Virus record (IMG/VR): IMGVR_UViG_3300043775_001559
Coordinates: 1 to 25,639 of that record
Direction: 5' to 3' (one strand)
DNA: 25,639 nucleotides
From: a virus
Lineage: Duplodnaviria > Caudoviricetes
Under the pieces are notes generated by a model that had not been told where the DNA came from, made no database searches, and saw nothing but the letters and a program-made list of their open reading frames with translations. Shown piece by piece: positions 18,032 through 25,638 of this stretch (the first letter of the stretch is position 1; every line of letters begins with the position of its first letter). The position numbers and the translations under genes are program-made.

Positions 18032-18544
18032 ATGATCGTAAAAAAAGACAATGTACTCGCTGATGCAGATCTTGCACATCTGCAACAATCTCTGCTAGGA
18101 AACGATTTTCCTTGGTTTTATTTTCCTTATAAAGTAGGTAAAAATTACAGTGATTATAAGGGCAACGAATTTGACTTTCAGTTTCAGCACATTTTTTACA
18201 ATAACTATTCTGCGCAGAGCAGGTACATTGATGCATTGCAACCTTTGATAAATTTTTTAAACCCATCTGCATTAGTGAGAATCAAAGCAAACCTAACTAC
18301 GAGAACACAGGATATAATCAAATATCCTATGCACGTGGATTTTGAAAATTTCAACGGTGAGACTGCTATATTTTACGTAAATTCTAACAATGGTTTTACT
18401 GAATTTGAATCGGGCGAAATTATCGAATCAACAGCTAATAGGATGATTATTTTTCCCGCTGATATGCGACATACCGGAACAACTAGTTCCAATGAGAAAG
18501 TGAGATGTGTGATTAATTTTAATTATTACAAATGGAAAAATTGA
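18032..18544 (+). CDS. 2OG-Fe(II) oxygenase
   Basis: HxD (MHVDF), TAIFYVN.NNG.T.F, NRMIIFP, distal His (MRHTG) and a 2OG-binding Arg (RCVINFN). Confidence 0.85.
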   Translation: MIVKKDNVLADADLAHLQQSLLGNDFPWFYFPYKVGKNYSDYKGNEFDFQFQHIFYNNYSAQSRYIDALQPLINFLNPSALVRIKANLTTRTQDIIKYPMHVDFENFNGETAIFYVNSNNGFTEFESGEIIESTANRMIIFPADMRHTGTTSSNEKVRCVINFNYYKWKN

Positions 18545-19104
18545 ATTATTCTTTTAACGACAAGTACAATGACGGCCAAAGTTTGGTGCACCTAATAAAT
18601 TTAAAATTAGGATCGAATCTCATAGGTTTAGAACTAGGAGTTTTTAAGGCTCATACTTTCTGCACGTTTTTATCAAATTGTCCAAATATTAAAAAATTAT
18701 ACGGAATAGACGCATTTTTACCTTATGTTGATCGATTGGCAGATCCGCCTATTATCTGGGACGAAAAAGCTGTAGATTGTATAAAACACACTGCTATACA
18801 CAACATTAGATTTTGTGATAATAATCACAAAGCGGAATTAATTGAAGAGGATAGCTCAAAGGCTTTAGGATTATTCGACGATGAAACTTTCGATTTTATA
18901 TTCATAGATACTTATATGACTAAAGAACAAAGCGACAAAGACCTTTGTGAATGGTATCCGAAACTGAAAACTGGGGGCTTATTTTCTGGGCACGATTGGG
19001 ACAGCGTATTGATTCAACAGTCTGTTCTCGAATTTAGAGATAAAAAACATATTACTGCACAGCTTAGTTGTTTTGACAACACATGGTGCTGGATCAAAGA
19101 ATAG
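18532..19104 (+). CDS. Class I SAM-dependent methyltransferase (Methyltransf_24-like)
   Basis: LELGVFKA (motif I), YGID, FDFIFID and WYPKLKTGGLFSGHDW. Confidence 0.85.
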   Translation: MEKLNYSFNDKYNDGQSLVHLINLKLGSNLIGLELGVFKAHTFCTFLSNCPNIKKLYGIDAFLPYVDRLADPPIIWDEKAVDCIKHTAIHNIRFCDNNHKAELIEEDSSKALGLFDDETFDFIFIDTYMTKEQSDKDLCEWYPKLKTGGLFSGHDWDSVLIQQSVLEFRDKKHITAQLSCFDNTWCWIKE

Positions 19105-19116
19105 TTGACAATGATT

Positions 19117-19146
19117 TTGATCGTTAAAGCGGCCTTTAAATATAAT
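19117..19146 (+). promoter_or_regulatory. Possible sigma70 promoter overlapping a TAAATA motif, upstream of the P4H-like gene
   Basis: TTGATC-18 nt-TATAAT. TAAATA is at 19137-19142, a small dyad TTAAAG-CGGC-CTTTAA sits in the spacer, and an AGGA RBS follows. Confidence 0.45.
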
Positions 19147-19160
19147 ATTAGGAATAATTT

Positions 19161-19790
19161 ATGACATCTATGGTAAATGGGATATTTCCCGGAGAAATTA
19201 AAGCCAGCACAACAGTAGCTGGTTGTATTGATATTTTTGAAAATGCTTGGCCGAATCCATCTGAAACTATAAAGATGGTCGAAGAAGAAGCATCCAATCC
19301 AGACAGCGGAGCTTTTTGGGAACAGGCAGGAACTGTAACCGATGGGCCTTTTCAAAATTATAGAACCAATAAGTTGATGGCTATTACACATTTGGCTCAG
19401 GTAAGCGGCAACCCCGTTCTGCAAAATATTCATAATCAACTTAATCTTTTATTATTAGCGTCAACTATACCTTATGCAAAGAGATTAGGCATACAAGAAC
19501 CTTTTTGGCACGAGGGTTATAATTTATTAAAGTATAGGGGTGGAGAAGAATATAAGGCACATTATGATGGCGGCACAGCTATGGCTAGAGCAGTATCTGC
19601 TTTAGTATACCTTAACAACGATTACAAAGGTGGAGAATTAGAATTTACGCATTTTGGTGTAAAGATCAAGCCTCAGCCTGGAATGTTAATTCTATTTCCT
19701 AGTAATTTTGCTTATACACACGTAGCACATCCCGTAATCGAAGGAACAAAATATGCCTTGGTTACTTGGATCAGAGATCGACAAATATGA
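19161..19790 (+). CDS. Prolyl 4-hydroxylase-like 2OG-Fe(II) oxygenase (2OG-FeII_Oxy_3 type)
   Basis: LLKY..GEEYKAHYDG, RAVSALVYLNNDYKGGELEF and PGMLILFPSNFAYTHVAHPVIEGTKYALVTW: HxD...H...K, with the Lys characteristic of P4H. Confidence 0.88.
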   Translation: MTSMVNGIFPGEIKASTTVAGCIDIFENAWPNPSETIKMVEEEASNPDSGAFWEQAGTVTDGPFQNYRTNKLMAITHLAQVSGNPVLQNIHNQLNLLLLASTIPYAKRLGIQEPFWHEGYNLLKYRGGEEYKAHYDGGTAMARAVSALVYLNNDYKGGELEFTHFGVKIKPQPGMLILFPSNFAYTHVAHPVIEGTKYALVTWIRDRQI

Positions 19791-20554
19791 TTTTTAACAA
19801 ATCTAAAGAAATCGTTTTAGATTGTTTTACTCATGTTCCGTATGTCTACGATCATGCAAAAATAGATCATGCAACAAAATTTGTCCCGAATTGGTGGAAA
19901 GAAACTCCTGCTGTGAATGTTGACAGCGAAGCTACTATTAAAAATTGTCCTGGATTTATTGAATTTTATAAAAAAGGTATCGTTATTCCTTCATGGTTTG
20001 AAATGGATGTAGATATTTTAGAACAAGGGAATCCCGAATTGTATAGATGGCAGGCCAGCAATCAAGATGTTAATACAGATAACTCTCACAAACCTTCTCA
20101 GTTTTTTGGATTTGCTGGCGAGTCTGGTAAAAATATCAAAATAACTAGCCCGTGGGCCTTTAGAACCAAAGAAGAAATTTATTTTACCTGGACACAGCCA
20201 ACTTGGAATATGAGGGATCTGCTATGCGATTTAACGATACTGCCAGCAACCGTAAACTATAAATTTCAACACGCTACAGAGATTAATTTTTTTATCGTTA
20301 ATCAACTGCAGAGTAAAAAAATAAATATTTCACCGTTAACACCGTTGGCTATTCTGCACCCTCTAACTGAGAGAAAAATAAAAATAAAAAATCATTTAGT
20401 AAGCAAAGAAGAATGGCTGAGAATTTTTGGCGTAGATAGGTTTCTTTTTAGAAGAAATTCAGATGATGCTGTAAAATTTTACAATAGAAAGAAGAAATTG
20501 CAAACATCAATAGAAGAAAAATCTTCTTGCCCTTTTAAAAAATACTTTGGATAA
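19787..20554 (+). CDS. Conserved phage hypothetical protein (TIKxCP...GxxIPxW family; possibly DUF6065-like)
   Basis: Motifs PNWWK, ATIKNCPGF, GIVIPSWFEMD, KITSPW, PLTPLAILHP and a C-terminal SCPF. Start moved to 19787 (ATGA overlap with the upstream stop). Confidence 0.65.
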   Translation: MIFNKSKEIVLDCFTHVPYVYDHAKIDHATKFVPNWWKETPAVNVDSEATIKNCPGFIEFYKKGIVIPSWFEMDVDILEQGNPELYRWQASNQDVNTDNSHKPSQFFGFAGESGKNIKITSPWAFRTKEEIYFTWTQPTWNMRDLLCDLTILPATVNYKFQHATEINFFIVNQLQSKKINISPLTPLAILHPLTERKIKIKNHLVSKEEWLRIFGVDRFLFRRNSDDAVKFYNRKKKLQTSIEEKSSCPFKKYFG

Positions 20555-20557
20555 AAT

Positions 20558-21199
20558 ATGAGTACACAAAACGAATTTTCTAAAAAAGGTTATTGCATAG
20601 TTAGATCTGCAATATCTGATGAGTTGAGAGATTTTGTAACACAGACATTGTTATTTGATGAGAGTCAAAGATTCGTTCCTGGCATCAACGGAGAGGACGC
20701 TCAGGTCCCCGGATCGTACGCTTCTTATGCTAATCCAGTCACGGAAACAGTTTTACTACATCTACGAAAAACTATGGAAGAAGCAACTGGTTTAAAACTT
20801 CATCCTACTTATTCTTATTACAGGATTTATAGAAACGGCGCAGAATTAGTTAAGCACACCGATAGACCATCTTGTGAAATTTCCTGTACTTTGTGTTTTA
20901 ACTACAGCTACGATGACAACGCATTTAGTTGGCCCATTTACATCGCAAACGATTTTCCTGCCGATCTTAAACCAGGTGATATGTTAATTTACCGAGGAAT
21001 GGATTTACCCCATTGGAGGTATCCGCTGAATCATTCTGATGATGTTTGGCACGCACAAGGGTTTTTTCATTATGTTAATCAAGATGGTCCCTGTGCCGAT
21101 TTTAAATTTGATAAAAGAGAGCAGCTAGGATTACTACCGGAAGAAAAAAGAACACAGCTAAAAAGTTTTTCTAATAAATCTTATTTAGAATTCAAATGA
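20558..21199 (+). CDS. 2OG-Fe(II) oxygenase (phage HxDRPSCEIS type)
   Basis: PTYSYYRIY..GAELVKHTDRPSCEISCTL, PGDMLIYRG..LPHWR and QGFFHYV. Confidence 0.85.
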   Translation: MSTQNEFSKKGYCIVRSAISDELRDFVTQTLLFDESQRFVPGINGEDAQVPGSYASYANPVTETVLLHLRKTMEEATGLKLHPTYSYYRIYRNGAELVKHTDRPSCEISCTLCFNYSYDDNAFSWPIYIANDFPADLKPGDMLIYRGMDLPHWRYPLNHSDDVWHAQGFFHYVNQDGPCADFKFDKREQLGLLPEEKRTQLKSFSNKSYLEFK

Positions 21200-21801
21200 T
21201 AGACTCTTGGTTCCCCACTTTAATTTCTCATGAAGTTTTAGAAGAATTCAAAGATAGAAATTCTTATTTTTCTAATAAAGCTTACTATATTCAAAAAAAT
21301 AATGAAAACTTAACAGGTACAACTTGGAATTGTGATACGTACAACACGTTGGGCAAATTTAATTATAAGCTTGATAATGATCAACAAATAAATCAACTGA
21401 TTAATATCTGTAAATTAAAAGTATTAGAATTTTCTCGGCAGTACGGCATCAATAAATCCTTAGATAGTCTTAGCTGTGACGAGCTTTGGTTTAATATCGG
21501 AGCTATAGGAAGTTTTCAAGAATATCATCAACACAGTGATTCACATTTTAGTCTTGTCTACTATGTTAAAGCAAATAATAATTGCGGAAATATTTTATTT
21601 AAAACTATTGAATCTTTTGCAGATATGTGTCAACTTCCTATCGATGCCGGTAATTATACATCGGCTTCATATAAAAGCTGTTTTTATACTCCAAAAGAAT
21701 CGATGATTTTGATTTTTAGATCAAATCTACTACATATGGTAGAAAAAAACAATAGCGACACTGACAGAATCAGTATCGCTATGAATTTTAGATTTAATTA
21801 A
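21196..21801 (+). CDS. Putative 2OG-Fe(II) oxygenase (TIGR02466-like, HxH triad)
   Basis: WFPTLI, WFNI...QEYHQH..SHFSLVYYV, ILIFRSNLLHMVEKN and RISIAMN. ATGA coupling upstream; its stop overlaps the convergent gene's stop (TTAA). Confidence 0.85.
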   Translation: MIDSWFPTLISHEVLEEFKDRNSYFSNKAYYIQKNNENLTGTTWNCDTYNTLGKFNYKLDNDQQINQLINICKLKVLEFSRQYGINKSLDSLSCDELWFNIGAIGSFQEYHQHSDSHFSLVYYVKANNNCGNILFKTIESFADMCQLPIDAGNYTSASYKSCFYTPKESMILIFRSNLLHMVEKNNSDTDRISIAMNFRFN

Positions 21802-22700
21802 GTAACAGTAATGGCTAATGAACTTGAGCCTGTAGAGTTAAATGAATGGGTTCTAAATCCGCCAGCGGTTGCAATAGTGCCGCCGGTAGCAGCAAACGAA
21901 ATAGTTTGCGGAGTATCAACAACTACCCACGTATTGGCTGCTCGTTTTCTTAGATAAAGCTGTTCGCCTGAAGCTAAAAATCCTGTTTTACTTAGAGTTA
22001 CACCGCCCCCAGCAACTAACTCTACTGTTCCTGTATTGCCTCTGTAAATATACAAGAAAGATCCTACTGGAAAATTAGTTGTACTGTCGGCAGGGACTGT
22101 AATCTGAGCTGCTGAAGTATTATTAAAAAATACAACGCCGCCTGCATCTGTAAGTGCAGCAGAATAGTTGCCGGTTTGAGTTGATGTTTCAACGTGTTTG
22201 ATATTGGCTCTACCCGATGTTTCAATTTCTGTTGTCGTTAATCTACCAGTGCTTGGCTGGAATGTTACCTTTGTAGATGAAACACGAGCTGCGGTTAAAC
22301 TTCCAGAAGTTACGGTACCAAACAACATATAGTTTGTTCCAGTATCGCTGGTATTATCTGTGACCGCTGGGCCAACAGTTGTAAAACTCAATGTTCCCGA
22401 ACCGTTAGTTACCAATGATTGTCCGTTGGATCCGTCTGCGGCAGGTAATGTCCAAGTAAGATTTGAAGCAACTGTTCCGGGTGCTTGGAATGCCACATAA
22501 TTAGAAGAATCTGCATCGGCAAATCTTAAGTCGCCCTGCGCCTGCAGTTGCATATCGCCTGCAATAAGAACTCTACCTGTACCTTGAGGATCTAATGTGA
22601 TGTCAACGTTTGAGCTAGCGGATACGGTAGCCTGAGAGGTAACAGTAATACCACCGACTGTTGGATCTCCTGCTGATCCGCCTGAAATGACTCTTGCCAT
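21798..22700 (-). CDS. Tail fiber-like structural protein, 300 aa
   Basis: ITLDPQGTGRV, the DLRFADADSSNYVAFQAP...WTLPAADG..GQSLVTNGSGTLSF module and an ITVP....NFPVG....NTWVV domain. It ends with the opening strands of a Gly-rich domain. Confidence 0.78.
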   Translation of the reverse strand: MARVISGGSAGDPTVGGITVTSQATVSASSNVDITLDPQGTGRVLIAGDMQLQAQGDLRFADADSSNYVAFQAPGTVASNLTWTLPAADGSNGQSLVTNGSGTLSFTTVGPAVTDNTSDTGTNYMLFGTVTSGSLTAARVSSTKVTFQPSTGRLTTTEIETSGRANIKHVETSTQTGNYSAALTDAGGVVFFNNTSAAQITVPADSTTNFPVGSFLYIYRGNTGTVELVAGGGVTLSKTGFLASGEQLYLRKRAANTWVVVDTPQTISFAATGGTIATAGGFRTHSFNSTGSSSLAITVT

Positions 22701-22780
22701 ATTTTATTCCTCTAATTAAGCAGTAGGAGTAAAATATGGCAAGAGTCATTATTTTATTCCTCTAATTAAGCAGTAGGAGT
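22686..22780. repeat. Compound repeat: 20-bp perfect inverted repeat plus 31-bp perfect direct repeat
   Basis: aatgactcttgccatatttt (22686-22705) pairs with aaaatatggcaagagtcatt (22731-22750). tattttattcctctaattaagcagtaggagt occurs at both 22700-22730 and 22750-22780. Confidence 0.97.
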
Positions 22781-23092
22781 TTCGATGCCGTAGGCTACAG
22801 CATTCACACTGACTGCGCTTGACCTAACTACTACTAGTTTTCCAGCATCTACTACTATACCTGTTCTTTCTAATACACCTTTAGCAGCTAGAGATACATC
22901 ATATTCTATGTATTCATCGTCACCCGGTGTAGAGGTGTCGCATATTGCTATTCTAATGTTTGCAGCAGAAGCGCCTCTGTTTACAACGTTTACTGTACAC
23001 ACTGTGAATGTTGCCGAAGGGCAGGTGTATAATGTTGTATTAGTGGCCGCTGATAAATCCGCTGTACCTAATCTTCCTTGTAATGTTGGCAT
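22766..23092 (-). CDS. Small all-beta virion protein (fiber-associated), 108 aa
   Basis: TTLYTCPS...VNVVNR...IRIAI...YIEYD..L....VLERTGIV...AYGIE is a pattern common in fiber regions of T4-like phages. GGAG RBS. Confidence 0.75.
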   Translation of the reverse strand: MPTLQGRLGTADLSAATNTTLYTCPSATFTVCTVNVVNRGASAANIRIAICDTSTPGDDEYIEYDVSLAAKGVLERTGIVVDAGKLVVVRSSAVSVNAVAYGIETPTA

Positions 23093-23109
23093 AATTTATT
23101 CTCCAATCG

Positions 23110-23117
23110 TATTTATA
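23110..23117 (-). promoter_or_regulatory. Perfect T4 late promoter consensus TATAAATA
   Basis: Minus-strand TATAAATA overlaps the upstream stop codon, 17 nt before the ATG of the 108-aa gene. Confidence 0.7.
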
Positions 23118-25638
23118 CTAAAAAGTAATTCCAAGCCACTGGATACCCTGATACACTGCCCTGGAACTCAAAGTGCGCTCTCATCTTGATAGTTGTTCCA
23201 GAAACATTGGTGATCTGATTACTGTCTATCTTAATAGAACCTGCTGTAATACTGTTAACGTTTAAGCTAGCACCACCACCACCAATCTGTGCTGAAATAT
23301 ATGCTTTGATCGCACGTTGTGTTGGTACTACGCTATCAGAATCAGCAGTAAAAAACGGATCAGTGCTGAATTCGTTAATTGTTGCCGAAGCACCTCCTAA
23401 CGCCACTGAGCCTAATGTAAGTTCTTGCAGTCCTGAAATATTAAATGCATCAGCATTTAATGTAGCTACACCAGTCGCTTGTTCAATACTGAACAAGCCG
23501 CCAACTCGGAAATTACCGTCTTGATCGGTTGATGTGTAGAACACACGACCACCATTATTTTCCACAGTTTCGTTGGCAGGAATTGGTGATTGTGTAGGTG
23601 TTCCTGGATAGTTAGACTCAGTAAAGTTTCCTGTACCAATATCTAAGAAATCATGTCCTGTTAGTCGAACTTGGCTATATCTGATTCTAGTAGTGATAGA
23701 GTCACCGTGTTCCGGTGCTTCTGAAACTGTTAGACTTGGGCTGATTTGAAAAAATGCTGTATATGAGCCGTCAAACTCTCCTAAACGAGAAATCACATTA
23801 ACTAATTTAAATGTTCTGTCAGGTAAATTAGAAAACACTACGTTCGAACCTGCTACAGGTTCTTGAGTTAGTCGTCTTACTGCTACAAATGAGCCTTGTT
23901 GATAAAAATCTGCATAGCCATTTCCACTATCTATCTCAGCACCTGCTTGACTATAAGCAGCTCCTCGATTTTTAAACGAAGGATTACCTAATACTCCATC
24001 ACCTTTTCTTACACTAAATGGTGCTTCGTAGATATTGTTAGAATCTGTTATTGTCATTGTAGGAGCAGTACTGTATCCCGATCCTGGCTCTGTGATTCTG
24101 ATTACAGAAATCTTTTCATCCGTTACCACAGCTCTTGCTTTTGTAGTTGCACCAGTCAATACAGAACTTGCTACGGTTCCAGCTGTGCTTCTTTGAACTG
24201 CTGCCCAAATGCCGCTTCTGTTAGGATTGCCAAATACCGCTGCGCTGAATCCGTTGGCTGCTGTGCTCATAGTTCTCGAAGTCCAATGCACACCATCCTC
24301 AGAACTAGCTGCCTGAGTAGATTGACTTACTGCTAAGAACACACCTTGACCGTAACTAATACTGGTCCAAGAGGCTGTAGCGGGCAAGGTGCTAGCTGTC
24401 CAAGTAGTTCCGTTTAAGCTATATGCAGCAACAGTACCGCTAGAATTAGAAACAGCAACGAATCTGTTGTTACCGTAAGTAACACTAGTCCAGTTACTGC
24501 TGCTTGGCAATGTTCTCAAGGTCCAATTAACTCCGCCGTTTGTTGAGCTGGCTGCTACTGTTCCGCCTGAAGCTACAGCCACCCATTTTCCGGCACCGTA
24601 GGCAACGCTAGTGTATGTTCCGGCAGGTAATGCTCCGCCGGCTGTCCAAGATGCTCCGCCGTTCGTCGAATAGGCTGTAGCACCGCCGGTGCCAATAGCC
24701 ACCCATTGTCCTGCACCGTAGGCAACAGATACTCCTGTTCCAGACATTCCAGCAGGTAATGCTCCCCCCGATGACCAAGTTAGGCCGCCGTTTCTAGAAT
24801 AAGCAGATATAGTACCAGTGGAAGAAATAGCAACTACAGCAGAAAGATTTGGTCTTGCTGTACCTGTACCTGTACCGACTCCTGTAGCTACAAAATTTAT
24901 TCCAACTGCGTTAGCAGAAGCACCGACTAAGACATAATCCGTACTGCCTAAAGTAGATATCGTGTACGATCTACCAATCGTAAATGATCCTGCAGTGTCA
25001 ACAGTAGTAATATTACCCGCTGCAACCGAAACCCAAGTAGTAGAAGCTGGCATTCCTGAAGTAACACCGGTCCACGATGTGCCGTTGAGCGAATATGCAA
25101 GATCGCTGGTGCCTGATGCTATCGCAACAAAACTACCTCCTGCTCCTTGTCCCTCGCTATCGAAAGCCTGTATAGCTCCGGTAACAGAATTAACTGCTGT
25201 AATAGTTATAGTAATATCGTTGGTTGTTGATGCTCCGCCTAAGCTAGTTCCGGAAATAGTGATAGTATCTAATCTATCATAATTTGCACCAGAAGCTACT
25301 TTGCTGATCAAATAAGCATTGCCTCTTTTTACCACATTAAATGTTGCACTGGTGCCAGTACCAGAAGTAGTTCCCGATAATCCTGTGTACGTAGAAACAA
25401 TATCTCCGTAAGTTGCATCTACCCAAGTTGAGCTTGATGGTAGAGTTCGACTTGATGCAGTGAATCCTGGATTATTAAAAGATAATCTTGGTTCTATCAC
25501 ATAAGTCGATGATGCGTCAGGAGCGACTATAGTAGTTCCTGGAATTATGTGATCCCATCCAGCAGCTCCAGTTGTTTCTTTAACTACTGTAGCTACTTTA
25601 GTACCGCTATTGTAGGTATCAATGATCGCAAATTGCCC
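23113..25638 (-). CDS. Large virion structural/fiber protein with beta-propeller repeats; the 5' end is beyond the right edge
   Basis: The frame stays open from 25500 to the edge (GQFAIIDTYNSGTKVA...WDHIIPG...STYVIEPR). It has repeated blades VxYGxGxxVA...SxNGGxxWT and a C-terminal SQVRLTGHDFLDIGTG...GRVFYTSTDQDGNFRVG...INEFSTD...VPTQRAIKAYI. Confidence 0.85.
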   Translation of the reverse strand, partial: GQFAIIDTYNSGTKVATVVKETTGAAGWDHIIPGTTIVAPDASSTYVIEPRLSFNNPGFTASSRTLPSSSTWVDATYGDIVSTYTGLSGTTSGTGTSATFNVVKRGNAYLISKVASGANYDRLDTITISGTSLGGASTTNDITITITAVNSVTGAIQAFDSEGQGAGGSFVAIASGTSDLAYSLNGTSWTGVTSGMPASTTWVSVAAGNITTVDTAGSFTIGRSYTISTLGSTDYVLVGASANAVGINFVATGVGTGTGTARPNLSAVVAISSTGTISAYSRNGGLTWSSGGALPAGMSGTGVSVAYGAGQWVAIGTGGATAYSTNGGASWTAGGALPAGTYTSVAYGAGKWVAVASGGTVAASSTNGGVNWTLRTLPSSSNWTSVTYGNNRFVAVSNSSGTVAAYSLNGTTWTASTLPATASWTSISYGQGVFLAVSQSTQAASSEDGVHWTSRTMSTAANGFSAAVFGNPNRSGIWAAVQRSTAGTVASSVLTGATTKARAVVTDEKISVIRITEPGSGYSTAPTMTITDSNNIYEAPFSVRKGDGVLGNPSFKNRGAAYSQAGAEIDSGNGYADFYQQGSFVAVRRLTQEPVAGSNVVFSNLPDRTFKLVNVISRLGEFDGSYTAFFQISPSLTVSEAPEHGDSITTRIRYSQVRLTGHDFLDIGTGNFTESNYPGTPTQSPIPANETVENNGGRVFYTSTDQDGNFRVGGLFSIEQATGVATLNADAFNISGLQELTLGSVALGGASATINEFSTDPFFTADSDSVVPTQRAIKAYISAQIGGGGASLNVNSITAGSIKIDSNQITNVSGTTIKMRAHFEFQGSVSGYPVAWNYFLV

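Noticed and set aside
19105-19110. Perfect TTGACA as a -35 box
   Set aside because: The nearest TATAAT is 30 nt away; TTGATC at 19117 fits the spacing better.
22700-22780. Mini-CRISPR array (two 31-bp repeats around a 19-nt self-matching spacer)
   Set aside because: The repeat is simply the last codons, stop and RBS region of the 108-aa gene. The spacer is short, there are only two copies and there are no cas genes, so a local duplication-inversion explains it better.
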